Positions 27,591 through 36,076 of a DNA stretch of 64,000 nt are shown one piece after another (positions within the stretch are counted from its first letter, which is position 1; each line of letters opens with the position of its first letter). The notes below the pieces were generated by a model. That model had not been told where the DNA came from, searched no databases, and was given only the letters and a program-made list of their open reading frames with translations. The position numbers were made by a program, and so were the translations under genes. The stretch is from the sequence record LR745208.1. The stretch is one strand, 5' to 3'.

Positions 27591-27617
27591 CTATCGGCAC
27601 GGGGAGGCAACTTTTTA
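27591..27617 (-). promoter_or_regulatory. Sigma28/FliA-like repeated promoter
   Basis: TAAA-AAGTTGCCTCCCCGT-GCCGATAG. Confidence 0.8.
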
Positions 27618-27619
27618 GT

Positions 27620-27931
27620 TCAATCGGCCGAATAGACCCGAAGGGGGTCCGTTTCGTCCTGGGTCGGGACCCGAAACACCTCCTCGGAGATCACATGTTT
27701 GTGCCCCAGGTTGCAAGTCTGCGTGATTGCAGAACAAACCAGGAACTTTTCATGGATGACCCGGAAGGGGATTTCCCCATAGTTGTCGCAGTTGGTCTGG
27801 TCCACCCTGTTGGCCCAAGCGATATCCGCCTCACAGACGCAGCAGGGGGCCAGTTCTTCCCCGTAAGGCTCCGGCTGCTCTTCGTAGTGGCCGGACTTAC
27901 AAATGCATTGGACATAGCCTTCGTAGCTCAT
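27620..27931 (-). CDS. Cys-rich hypothetical protein
   Basis: Overlap with the upstream stop. Confidence 0.65.
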   Translation of the reverse strand: MSYEGYVQCICKSGHYEEQPEPYGEELAPCCVCEADIAWANRVDQTNCDNYGEIPFRVIHEKFLVCSAITQTCNLGHKHVISEEVFRVPTQDETDPLRVYSAD

Positions 27932-28176
27932 GATATCCTCTTCGTGTAGTCAGGTGGGTTGGAACCCCACAGAATGTATACAAGAATCCGGTGGCGGTAG
28001 CTGTCGTTTGGCTCATCCAGGAATCGGGACACGCCCCAGGTGGCACCCCACTGGTCCAGGTGCTCTGTTTCCTGTTGGATCAGTCGCTTGGAGATGTGAT
28101 TTGACACCTGCCAGGGGATCAAAACCACGACAAGACTCAGGAATATGGCTGCCAGGAAAATGTGTTGCTCAGTCAT
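27928..28176 (-). CDS. Small TM protein with an LD.WG...GV.R..E..D.YR.RI motif
   Basis: Start revised to MTEQHIFL. Confidence 0.55.
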   Translation of the reverse strand: MTEQHIFLAAIFLSLVVVLIPWQVSNHISKRLIQQETEHLDQWGATWGVSRFLDEPNDSYRHRILVYILWGSNPPDYTKRIS

Positions 28177-28192
28177 GGCATTCCCCCAAGGC

Positions 28193-28435
28193 TTACCAGT
28201 CGTTCCGTTGCACCGATGTGGACCCCATGGCCACATGGATGGCGTCCACCAAGGAACCCATTTGCTCTTCTTCCCAGGCAATGCATCGGCTTCTGTAGAA
28301 GGAATAGTCCCAGAACCAGCCTGTATCCGGATCCCTGGATACCTCAGCAACCTTGAGGCCACCTAGGCGGATGGAATACCGTGAGGATCCTTGGATTCGA
28401 GTGGCTGTAACGGGCAGTGTAACTTGAGCTTTCAT
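28193..28435 (-). CDS. Hypothetical protein
   Basis: Head-to-tail packing. Confidence 0.55.
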   Translation of the reverse strand: MKAQVTLPVTATRIQGSSRYSIRLGGLKVAEVSRDPDTGWFWDYSFYRSRCIAWEEEQMGSLVDAIHVAMGSTSVQRNDW

Positions 28436-28448
28436 GCTCTACTTACAC

Positions 28449-29324
28449 CTAAGCTCGGAACTTTTCTAGAGATTCCTTGCACAGAGCCTTGAAAAGCTGG
28501 GCTGATTTCTGGCCAATGGCCTTGCGGGCTTCTTTGCTGTCCACAATCTCCCCCTTGGCCTCCCGGATGACATCCTCGATCATGGCCGCGATCACATCCC
28601 CAGTCTTCTCGATCCCAATACCCTGTGGGAGCTTGTCCAGGACATGCTGAAGACGGGTGGGGGTGACCCATTCCTCGGCGATCTCGGTGGCCTTGGTCAG
28701 GACCTCAAGCTGGGAAGGGTCCACAACCTTACGGATTTTGGTGGTTTCCCGCTCGGCATCTCGCTTGTGCTTGGCCATTACCCGCTCGCCATCGTTCAGG
28801 GTCACCTCAACCAGCGGGCGCAGCACTACTCCCTCCCGAGGCTGGTCACCAACGACTCCGTTGCGCCGGGCCTGCTCGGAGGGTGCGTCCCTCTCTGCAT
28901 CGATGGCAGCTAGGTCTGTGGAGATCTTCACATAGTGGACGAACTCCAGGCTCAGCTTCTTGGCCACATCATCCGCGGAGGGGACCGACAACCAGCTGTC
29001 ACCTACCTTGACCTCAAAGGCAATGAACTTGGAGTTCGGCCCATAGCGCCACGATTGTCCCTGTTGGTTGCCCCCGTAGGCTTCCCCAAACACAACCACC
29101 TCCGGATGCCCCATGGCCTCGAAGGCTGCCACCAGAGCCACCTCCTCGAACAGGGAAACGAACTTGTTGTGGGACTCCCCACCTGACGAGAAGTGGAGCT
29201 TCCCTTCCTTCCACGAGATATGTGCTGAAGTTCCATGGATTTTTTCCATGGAATAGCACTCGCGGAACAGCAGGATGGTCTGACCCTCGGGTCGGTATAG
29301 ATTGGTCAAATGCATGTATGACAT
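28449..29324 (-). CDS. RNA ligase (Rnl2-like nucleotidyltransferase)
   Basis: Motif I EKIHG, VFGEAYG, FIAFEVK, EGVVLRP, AKHKR; SD AGGAG. Confidence 0.85.
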   Translation of the reverse strand: MSYMHLTNLYRPEGQTILLFRECYSMEKIHGTSAHISWKEGKLHFSSGGESHNKFVSLFEEVALVAAFEAMGHPEVVVFGEAYGGNQQGQSWRYGPNSKFIAFEVKVGDSWLSVPSADDVAKKLSLEFVHYVKISTDLAAIDAERDAPSEQARRNGVVGDQPREGVVLRPLVEVTLNDGERVMAKHKRDAERETTKIRKVVDPSQLEVLTKATEIAEEWVTPTRLQHVLDKLPQGIGIEKTGDVIAAMIEDVIREAKGEIVDSKEARKAIGQKSAQLFKALCKESLEKFRA

Positions 29325-29339
29325 TGGTTTCTCCTGGTT

Positions 29340-29744
29340 TCAGCCCATCCCACAGCCCACCACGTCCACGGGGTTGAGGGCCGTGAGGGTGACACGAGCG
29401 TGGGGGGCGGCCCCATCCCGGGGTCCCGGAGGCCCTTGCCGGTAGGGGCCGCCAACTCCCTGGCCCAGAACCATGTCCGTGGGCTCACGGGTCATGTTGG
29501 GTTCCATGTGGTCATACACCATTTTGGTGATGGCCCAGTGGCCCGAACTTGTGATCCAGTTTTCCAGATGGTCCCGCACCCGGTAGGAATGGGACGTAAA
29601 CGTGACGTCCACCGGATCCATGCCGTTGAACCGCTTGCGCAGGGTCATGTTGATGGTCTGGATTTCACTGGCGAGGGTCTCCTCTTCCTTCTCGGTAAGG
29701 GAGATGGCCTGGGCTGGGGTCAAGATCGGTTCATAGCTTCGCAT
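29340..29744 (-). CDS. Hypothetical protein after a sigma28-like promoter
   Basis: SD AAGGA; ATG 29744. Confidence 0.6.
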   Translation of the reverse strand: MRSYEPILTPAQAISLTEKEEETLASEIQTINMTLRKRFNGMDPVDVTFTSHSYRVRDHLENWITSSGHWAITKMVYDHMEPNMTREPTDMVLGQGVGGPYRQGPPGPRDGAAPHARVTLTALNPVDVVGCGMG

Positions 29745-29779
29745 GTGCCGTGGTCCTTGGGTGATGATCCTTACACCCC

Positions 29780-29806
29780 CTATCGGCACGAGAAGACAAC
29801 TTTTTA
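29780..29806 (-). promoter_or_regulatory. Sigma28/FliA-like repeated promoter
   Basis: TAAA-AAGTTGTCTTCTCGT-GCCGATAG. Confidence 0.8.
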
Positions 29807-29814
29807 GGGAAATC

Positions 29815-32800
29815 CTAGGATGCCTGCATTTCCCCTAGTTCCACTTCAATCTCGTCGAATTCCAGCTCGGGTTCCTCAACCTTAGGCTCGACCTTGACTC
29901 GAACCCGCTTGGTCTTCTTGGCTGGGGCATCCTCGGAAGCCACACTTACCCTAATCTTCTCAACTGCCTTCTCAACTGCCTTCTCACCCCCGACAGCGGG
30001 CTCATCGGCCATAGCATTGATGGTGGCCAACAGGACACCTGCACGCTTGAACAGGGGGCTGGTGATCAGGTCCAGGGCGTTGTCTCCAAGGTCGGCCATG
30101 CCATCGTCACGCATCACGGAGGCAATGAGGGCCAGTTTGTTGGCAGGCAGGAAGGCGTCCCCAGTGTCCTGATATTGGGACATGGGAAGCATGCCCAGTC
30201 CTGTACCCAGCAGGAGCTTGGTGATTGCGAGTCCGGAGGGGCTGGCCAGGAAGGCCATCGCCTTGCGCTTATTGGCCCCCAGGACCTGTGTCAGGAACTC
30301 CAGTAGCGGGTCTCTGACCGCCTTGGCGAGCTGCCTTGCTGCCACCCTGTTAGCTGCCCTACCGGCTTCAGTCTTGGCCGTCGCCATGACCCGTTGAGTT
30401 TTGGTCTTTTTGGCTACTTGTTGGGCAATCCCTGTGGCAGGCTCACAGGAGGGGTTGGCGGTCCCCATGTACACTTGAGCCTGTTGGATGGCTTTCTTCA
30501 GCTTGGTTTCTGCAAACTCTATTTCATCGGATAGCTGGTCTTCATTGGTCAGACCTTCGTCAGAGATGTCAGACCATTTGAATTCCCCACAAAGATGCTG
30601 GATCCGATCCTTCAATCTGGGAAGGCTACAGGGATCCACACTGTACTTCTCTGTTTCCAGGTCCCACAGTCCATACCAGACATCTCCCGTATCGGTTTTG
30701 ACCGCCTCAACAATCAGGTCATTCTCGGCCAAGAAACCGGTAACCGTCATTTTGAGGCCTTGGCGGATCTCCAGGTCTTCAATTGCCTTATCCAACTCCT
30801 TATCCAAATGTTTCAGATTACTGGGGATCCACTCCACGCCATATTGAGCGTGGAGACATTCCTTCAGGGGTATAAGGTAGGTGGCCCTCTTCGGCGGGAG
30901 TACCCACACTCCGGTATGTGGTTCCCACAGACCTATCAGTGAAACATCATTTTCGTTTTTGTCAGCTCGAATAACAACTTGATGTTCACGGAGGATGTCG
31001 GGCAGGCTCATTATGGAGTCCTGGGAGGCCTTAACAGCCCATTTGCCACCAGCATACCACCTACGTGCCTCATACAACAGGGTTTTTAGGTCTTCTTGGG
31101 AGTTGGCCAGCCCAGTGTAGGGGAGCTGGGCCTGCACCCAGTCAGTAACCTCATTGATGCCGAGAGTGCTGGGGTTACGGAGCCACTGGGTTTGGGCATG
31201 GCCAGATTTGGGGGACCAAACCTGATATTCCCAAATGTTTGCATCGGAAGGAGCCTTTCGTGCCCGAAAGGCATGCCCTTTGGCCAGCATCCGGTCCCGT
31301 AGATTGTCAACCGGGCTTGTGCGGATATAATGTGCGCGGGCTGAGGGTAGACGAGTGAAGCTGTCAATTCGAGTCAGAAGGTCTGCCGGAAGATCCGAGG
31401 CGGTCCCTGCCCAGGACTGCCAAGTTCTGGCACTGAGGTCCCACTCAATTTCCGTAGCATAGTAGGCGTCATTTTTGTCCCCACGGAATTTGGCAATCTC
31501 CTTAGCCAAATTCCTAATAGTCTCCTCAGGAGGGACTTGGCCACGGTCTTGATCTTTTGCAACTCTGGCCTTAGTTCGCTCTTCTGCACAAACCGTGTCC
31601 AGCCTTAGGGACCGATGTTTGGGGATATTCTTGGAAAGCTCCGTCCAAGTTGCCCATGCAGGAGTGGCAATGTAATCCTGGATCAGCTCCAAGTAGTGGC
31701 TCAGTGGAGGCGGGTCCCCTTTGGTCACCAAGGCATCCGCGGTGGAAATCTCTTGGGCAAATGCTTCAATTGTATCGGTAGGGCTCATGGGTGTATTAGT
31801 TACCCCCTTTCCCCTTTCGAGGCGGACAATATCCTGGATCTCCTCCCCATTATCATCCTCAGACAAGGCAAAATGTCGCCCTGGTCTTCCGCGTACATAG
31901 AAGCCACCCTGGCCGTCTTTTATGATTTCCGCCTCCCCTTTGATTAGCCAGTCGAACCATTCCCGCATCCAATCAGAATTAAGGTATGGGTGCTTTTTCT
32001 GTTCCCGTTGGATGTATGCCTCTACATGCGGCCTGTGGGAAGGTGGGCTCATGTGGGTAACCCTTGGCAGTGCCTCCTCCTTGGACCGCGCAATGAAAGC
32101 TTCAGTGCGGGCAATAGCGTCCGCAGGAACATGGTAGTGGGCTCCCATATCCTTGGGGGTTCCGAGAAACGGGGTGGTCTCCTTGATGAGGCCGGAGAGC
32201 CATTGGCCCATCTCCGTCCCACATACGGTTGACCAGTAGTTGCCCATAGATGTTAAGGTGTCTTCTTTTACCGGACCGAGCACCTTGACCCGTTCCTTGG
32301 CAACATAGGTTTCAGTGCGGGTAATCAGATCGTGGGTCACTTCCAAATCGGCCCCCACCTTTTGAATGGCTTTCCCGGCATCGCCCTGGCTCTTGATAAG
32401 ATGACCAACCCAGTTGGTCGACCATTGAAGGATCTCCGCTGAATTCTTTGAGGCATTAAGGATGTCCGAATGATCCCGATAGAACCCCCACAGGGACTTT
32501 TTGATATTAGCTGATTTCTCTTTGAGGGCAGCCCACTCCTTGGCTAGGGACTCCAAGTTATCAGTGACCCTGACACTACCCCACTCAGAAATTCCCATGG
32601 CCCCCGTAGAAGACAATAAGTTCTGTCGTGGAGGTTCAAATCCCACCAGAGCAGCAGCCTGTTGATTCGTTAGAGTCTGAGACGGGGTTTGAGACTGCTT
32701 CCATGTTCCCCATGCCTCAATCTCCGCTTTCACCTCGGCATGGGACATCTGCCGGGGGAACAGGAGGAGCCTGTTTTGTGTTAGGTAAGCTTCCCAGTTC

Positions 32801-33369
32801 CGGAAGGTCTTATCGGATTCGACCGCCCTGAAATCGGTGATGGATTGCGGAATACCTCCCGGGAAAACCCCTTTGAGCAATTTGGTTAGTGTGGCCTCAT
32901 CGGATTGTGCCCAAGAGCCATCGTCAAATCTACTGATCTGATTCCCCAACCATGCCCTGAGAGCTACGAAGTCCACCTTGAAAATGTCCGCCGGGTCCCT
33001 GGTAACTGAGAAGATGATGGTATCCACCGCTAGGACATCCTGGATGAATAATGGCTGGATGAATAGTGGCCCGTGATTGGCCAGCAACTCTGCCAATGAT
33101 GGCAAAGTCTTCACTGTGGCCGGAGCTTTGGAATCATCGGCCCTCTTGAGCACGTGGCACAGAAGAAAACCAGTGTCACCAGAGAAGGCAAAGTCCTCAA
33201 CAGGACCCAGTTGCTCAGTGCTGGCCTCACTAGGTGGGTTGGTTACCACCACTATATCAAAGGGCCCACCAGCATCCAAGGTGTTCTTCAGGCTGTCAAG
33301 TTGCTCGCGCGTGCCTACAACCTTGACCCCCCTGGAGCCATCTCTCAGTTTGGACCATGTAGCATTCAT
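29815..33369 (-). CDS. Giant modular protein A (1184 aa)
   Basis: Internal helical repeats; C-terminal domain paralogous to that of 36076..39837. Confidence 0.85.
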   Translation of the reverse strand: MNATWSKLRDGSRGVKVVGTREQLDSLKNTLDAGGPFDIVVVTNPPSEASTEQLGPVEDFAFSGDTGFLLCHVLKRADDSKAPATVKTLPSLAELLANHGPLFIQPLFIQDVLAVDTIIFSVTRDPADIFKVDFVALRAWLGNQISRFDDGSWAQSDEATLTKLLKGVFPGGIPQSITDFRAVESDKTFRNWEAYLTQNRLLLFPRQMSHAEVKAEIEAWGTWKQSQTPSQTLTNQQAAALVGFEPPRQNLLSSTGAMGISEWGSVRVTDNLESLAKEWAALKEKSANIKKSLWGFYRDHSDILNASKNSAEILQWSTNWVGHLIKSQGDAGKAIQKVGADLEVTHDLITRTETYVAKERVKVLGPVKEDTLTSMGNYWSTVCGTEMGQWLSGLIKETTPFLGTPKDMGAHYHVPADAIARTEAFIARSKEEALPRVTHMSPPSHRPHVEAYIQREQKKHPYLNSDWMREWFDWLIKGEAEIIKDGQGGFYVRGRPGRHFALSEDDNGEEIQDIVRLERGKGVTNTPMSPTDTIEAFAQEISTADALVTKGDPPPLSHYLELIQDYIATPAWATWTELSKNIPKHRSLRLDTVCAEERTKARVAKDQDRGQVPPEETIRNLAKEIAKFRGDKNDAYYATEIEWDLSARTWQSWAGTASDLPADLLTRIDSFTRLPSARAHYIRTSPVDNLRDRMLAKGHAFRARKAPSDANIWEYQVWSPKSGHAQTQWLRNPSTLGINEVTDWVQAQLPYTGLANSQEDLKTLLYEARRWYAGGKWAVKASQDSIMSLPDILREHQVVIRADKNENDVSLIGLWEPHTGVWVLPPKRATYLIPLKECLHAQYGVEWIPSNLKHLDKELDKAIEDLEIRQGLKMTVTGFLAENDLIVEAVKTDTGDVWYGLWDLETEKYSVDPCSLPRLKDRIQHLCGEFKWSDISDEGLTNEDQLSDEIEFAETKLKKAIQQAQVYMGTANPSCEPATGIAQQVAKKTKTQRVMATAKTEAGRAANRVAARQLAKAVRDPLLEFLTQVLGANKRKAMAFLASPSGLAITKLLLGTGLGMLPMSQYQDTGDAFLPANKLALIASVMRDDGMADLGDNALDLITSPLFKRAGVLLATINAMADEPAVGGEKAVEKAVEKIRVSVASEDAPAKKTKRVRVKVEPKVEEPELEFDEIEVELGEMQAS

Positions 33370-33398
33370 GATTATACTGGTTACGCCTTAAAGTTGGT

Positions 33399-34289
33399 CT
33401 AGCTTGACACCATCTCGCGCCATCGGGCCTCAATAACTTGGGCGTAACGGGTAAAGGACAGGTTGTAGTTGCCTACCGAGAAGCCGTCGTTGACCTCTAC
33501 GAGGGCATAGGGTCCGTCCTCTATTTGGGCGATGTCCAACCCGTAGGAGATGGGTTGGTTTTTGAAGTCCCGGACCATCTGCTCGGCTACCCGACGGGCT
33601 TGAGTGAACCCCCTACACCCACCCAGACTCGTGGGCAGGATCTTCTTCTTGACCACGTAGATTCGGTGCTCAGGGGATGTGGAGATATCGACCACATCCG
33701 AAACCATCACCGGAAAGTCAGGGGGGAACCCGGTTGTTTCGTGATCATAAGATAGCCCACCCCAGGTGCCATTTCTCGGGTTGTACTTGTTGGGGTCCCA
33801 ATATACAACATGGCCATTGAATGCCTTCTGCCACCGGAGGGGTTTGATGAACAGTGACGTCTTGGTTTCCTCAACTTCCTTTCGGACATCCCCAAGAGTA
33901 GAAGACCAAACCTTACGGTGCCGGTACTTGCGTAGGCTCCATGGAAGGTCCACGTTCTTGGGCTGCCGGACCCCCAGAAGGTCAAGGGCTTTTCGGGTAG
34001 TGCGAATATCTGCCTTCACGATTGTGTGCTTGGAGAGAGGCAGCTCAGGTAGCCTATCGCTGTCAAAGTCAAAGGCACAAACCTCATATCCTAGCCGTCT
34101 AAGCCCTTGGGCAGCGTCTGCACAGTTGTCACTCCACCAGCAGACATCCACAAAGGGGATGTATGCGGGATCCTTCTGGTCTGTATTGTAGTATGGAATC
34201 CTCCCACGCCCTGGAGTCTTGTCGGGCAGGTATGGGAACCCACGTGTTTTGGGAGATGCCCTAACGAAAGCAATTTTCTTGCGGCTCAT
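33399..34289 (-). CDS. ATP-grasp protein (DUF4343/R2K-like)
   Basis: LFIKP, EHRIYV, YGLDI, LVEVNDGFSVGNY. Confidence 0.8.
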   Translation of the reverse strand: MSRKKIAFVRASPKTRGFPYLPDKTPGRGRIPYYNTDQKDPAYIPFVDVCWWSDNCADAAQGLRRLGYEVCAFDFDSDRLPELPLSKHTIVKADIRTTRKALDLLGVRQPKNVDLPWSLRKYRHRKVWSSTLGDVRKEVEETKTSLFIKPLRWQKAFNGHVVYWDPNKYNPRNGTWGGLSYDHETTGFPPDFPVMVSDVVDISTSPEHRIYVVKKKILPTSLGGCRGFTQARRVAEQMVRDFKNQPISYGLDIAQIEDGPYALVEVNDGFSVGNYNLSFTRYAQVIEARWREMVSS

Positions 34290-34299
34290 GGTCCCGGCG

Positions 34300-35121
34300 T
34301 TACACTCCTAGAGGCTTTTCAAAGCCCACAAGGGCCAACTGGCCTTCTGCCACCCCCCTGCACAGCATTAACCTGACATTGGCTAGTTTTGAGTCCAGCA
34401 CTGCCCATGGAGCAAAGACCTGACGGGCCATTTCTGCCTCCTCCATGGTGATGGGCTGGTCATCATCGTTGACCATGTCCCTGGACACAGACACCAGCAA
34501 AGAGTCACAGACAATACTCAAGGACGCATGGAGCCCGCCTGGATCTCCCTTCAAGTAGTAGTCACAGAGACCCCCCCGTGGGTTAGCTTCCACTTCCCAT
34601 ACATCTGGTACCGTTTCTGGCAGAAGGGGAAGGAGGGTCGCCCTCTCTCTGGCCAAAGACTCCTCGTGCCGTCGGTTGGAATCCTCTTTCCAGTTGGGAT
34701 TGTAGACCTCCTGGGACCCAGTCATGTCGTCCCATACGGCAGGAGGAATCTTGAAGGAGTCAAACAGTTCCTTCAGGCACCCCTCGCAAATCGAGAAGGT
34801 ATAGGTGGTCATATCACACAGGGAGTCAGAGTGGTATCCCCCAGACACCTTGGCCTTAATGAGCCCATAGGAGTCATGTCGGGGAGGAAAATTGAGGTTG
34901 GGATTGATGTCTCCCTTGTCACAGGTCTTCCCACAACGGTTGCAGAAGACCTCCTCGGGCAACTTTTCACGCCCGGTTCCGTCGCATGCCTCGCAGGGAG
35001 GGCCTACGGGTGGTGCCCCCGGAGTTCCTGAGAATGTACCCATTCCCTCACAGGCTGGGCAGGCCACGTCAGGACACTTGGGATCACAGCCATTGCCCTG
35101 GCACTCTTTACAGACAATCAT
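34300..35121 (-). CDS. Protein with a DnaJ-type Zn finger (CxxCxGxG repeats)
   Basis: CKECQGNG, CPACEGMG, CEACDGTG. Confidence 0.7.
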   Translation of the reverse strand: MIVCKECQGNGCDPKCPDVACPACEGMGTFSGTPGAPPVGPPCEACDGTGREKLPEEVFCNRCGKTCDKGDINPNLNFPPRHDSYGLIKAKVSGGYHSDSLCDMTTYTFSICEGCLKELFDSFKIPPAVWDDMTGSQEVYNPNWKEDSNRRHEESLARERATLLPLLPETVPDVWEVEANPRGGLCDYYLKGDPGGLHASLSIVCDSLLVSVSRDMVNDDDQPITMEEAEMARQVFAPWAVLDSKLANVRLMLCRGVAEGQLALVGFEKPLGV

Positions 35122-35900
35122 GGAGTCCTCTTCGCTTGGGTCCTACCACACTTGGGGCATTTGGGCAGCCAGCATTTGGATTGCGCACACAAGACCCAGT
35201 TCTTGGGGTCATAGTTGTTTTCCCAAGACTCCCCATGCAGTCGGATACGATCAACCTCGTATTCGTGCGAGCACCCACGGCATTTGTAGGTATCCGTTTG
35301 AACACATTCCTGCCGGTTGTCTGGGTCTGGCGGGATCAAGATGGCAAGGCTCCGGTCCTCATCGAATGTCTCAATGATCTGCCGGTCACACCACAGGTCC
35401 AATAATGTCTGGAGTAGAGAGATATCCTCTACCCGATCAATAGCATCTTCGTGGTGCTCATCCAAGGCACTCTCAAGGATGGAAACAGCATCCAGCCTCA
35501 ATGTGCGTGATGTGGTCCCCCACACCCACTCGGGTACCTCAAGGCCCTTACGGAAGCAGTAATCATAGAGGTCTTCGACGTTGCAGAAAAACCCCTCCTC
35601 TCCAGCATCCTCCCAGCACAGCCAGGGGCCCATTTCGGATGAGTATCGCTGCTTGGTGGCTCGCTCGAAGTCGGCTGCCTTCTTGGTAGCCGTTGCCTTG
35701 GCGTCACAGTCGGAACACACCATATGGTATTCCTTGGCCAATGCCCCACAGGCACATTTGCGGGGCTGACAACAGGAGTCCGCAAGGTCCCTGTTGCTAT
35801 GGTCGTAGATCCGTGAGCACTTTCCACAGGCGTAAGCGAAGTTCGCAGGATTCGGAAGATCCCTCACAACTAATGGGATAGCAGTCATCTTCACTCCCAA
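35118..35900 (-). CDS. Cys-rich hypothetical protein
   Basis: 260 aa; overlapping stop and start. Confidence 0.7.
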   Translation of the reverse strand: MGVKMTAIPLVVRDLPNPANFAYACGKCSRIYDHSNRDLADSCCQPRKCACGALAKEYHMVCSDCDAKATATKKAADFERATKQRYSSEMGPWLCWEDAGEEGFFCNVEDLYDYCFRKGLEVPEWVWGTTSRTLRLDAVSILESALDEHHEDAIDRVEDISLLQTLLDLWCDRQIIETFDEDRSLAILIPPDPDNRQECVQTDTYKCRGCSHEYEVDRIRLHGESWENNYDPKNWVLCAQSKCWLPKCPKCGRTQAKRTP

Positions 35901-36076
35901 TCATGCTTGTCCAGTTCGATGGCCTCGATCTGGAAGGAAGGTGGCTCCAGACCCCGCATCTCGCTGACCCCAACCAAGGTGACCCACCGGCTATCTGCAA
36001 GTTTGAGTTGCCAGACTCCAGATCGGGTGGGGTGGGGGGTCATGAGAGTGACCTTGTGGGAGGTGAAGTGATCCAT
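35891..36076 (-). CDS. Small hypothetical protein
   Basis: TAATG overlap. Confidence 0.55.
   Translation of the reverse strand: MDHFTSHKVTLMTPHPTRSGVWQLKLADSRWVTLVGVSEMRGLEPPSFQIEAIELDKHDWE

Noticed and set aside
27574-29789. ORF-track starts MPIGGV at 27600 and 29789
   Set aside because: These are translations of the promoter motif; the real starts are 27573 and 29744, which have SD sites
32627-32650. GGTTCAAATCCC, a tRNA T-loop-like string
   Set aside because: The T-stem does not pair, there is no cloverleaf, and it lies inside a long CDS
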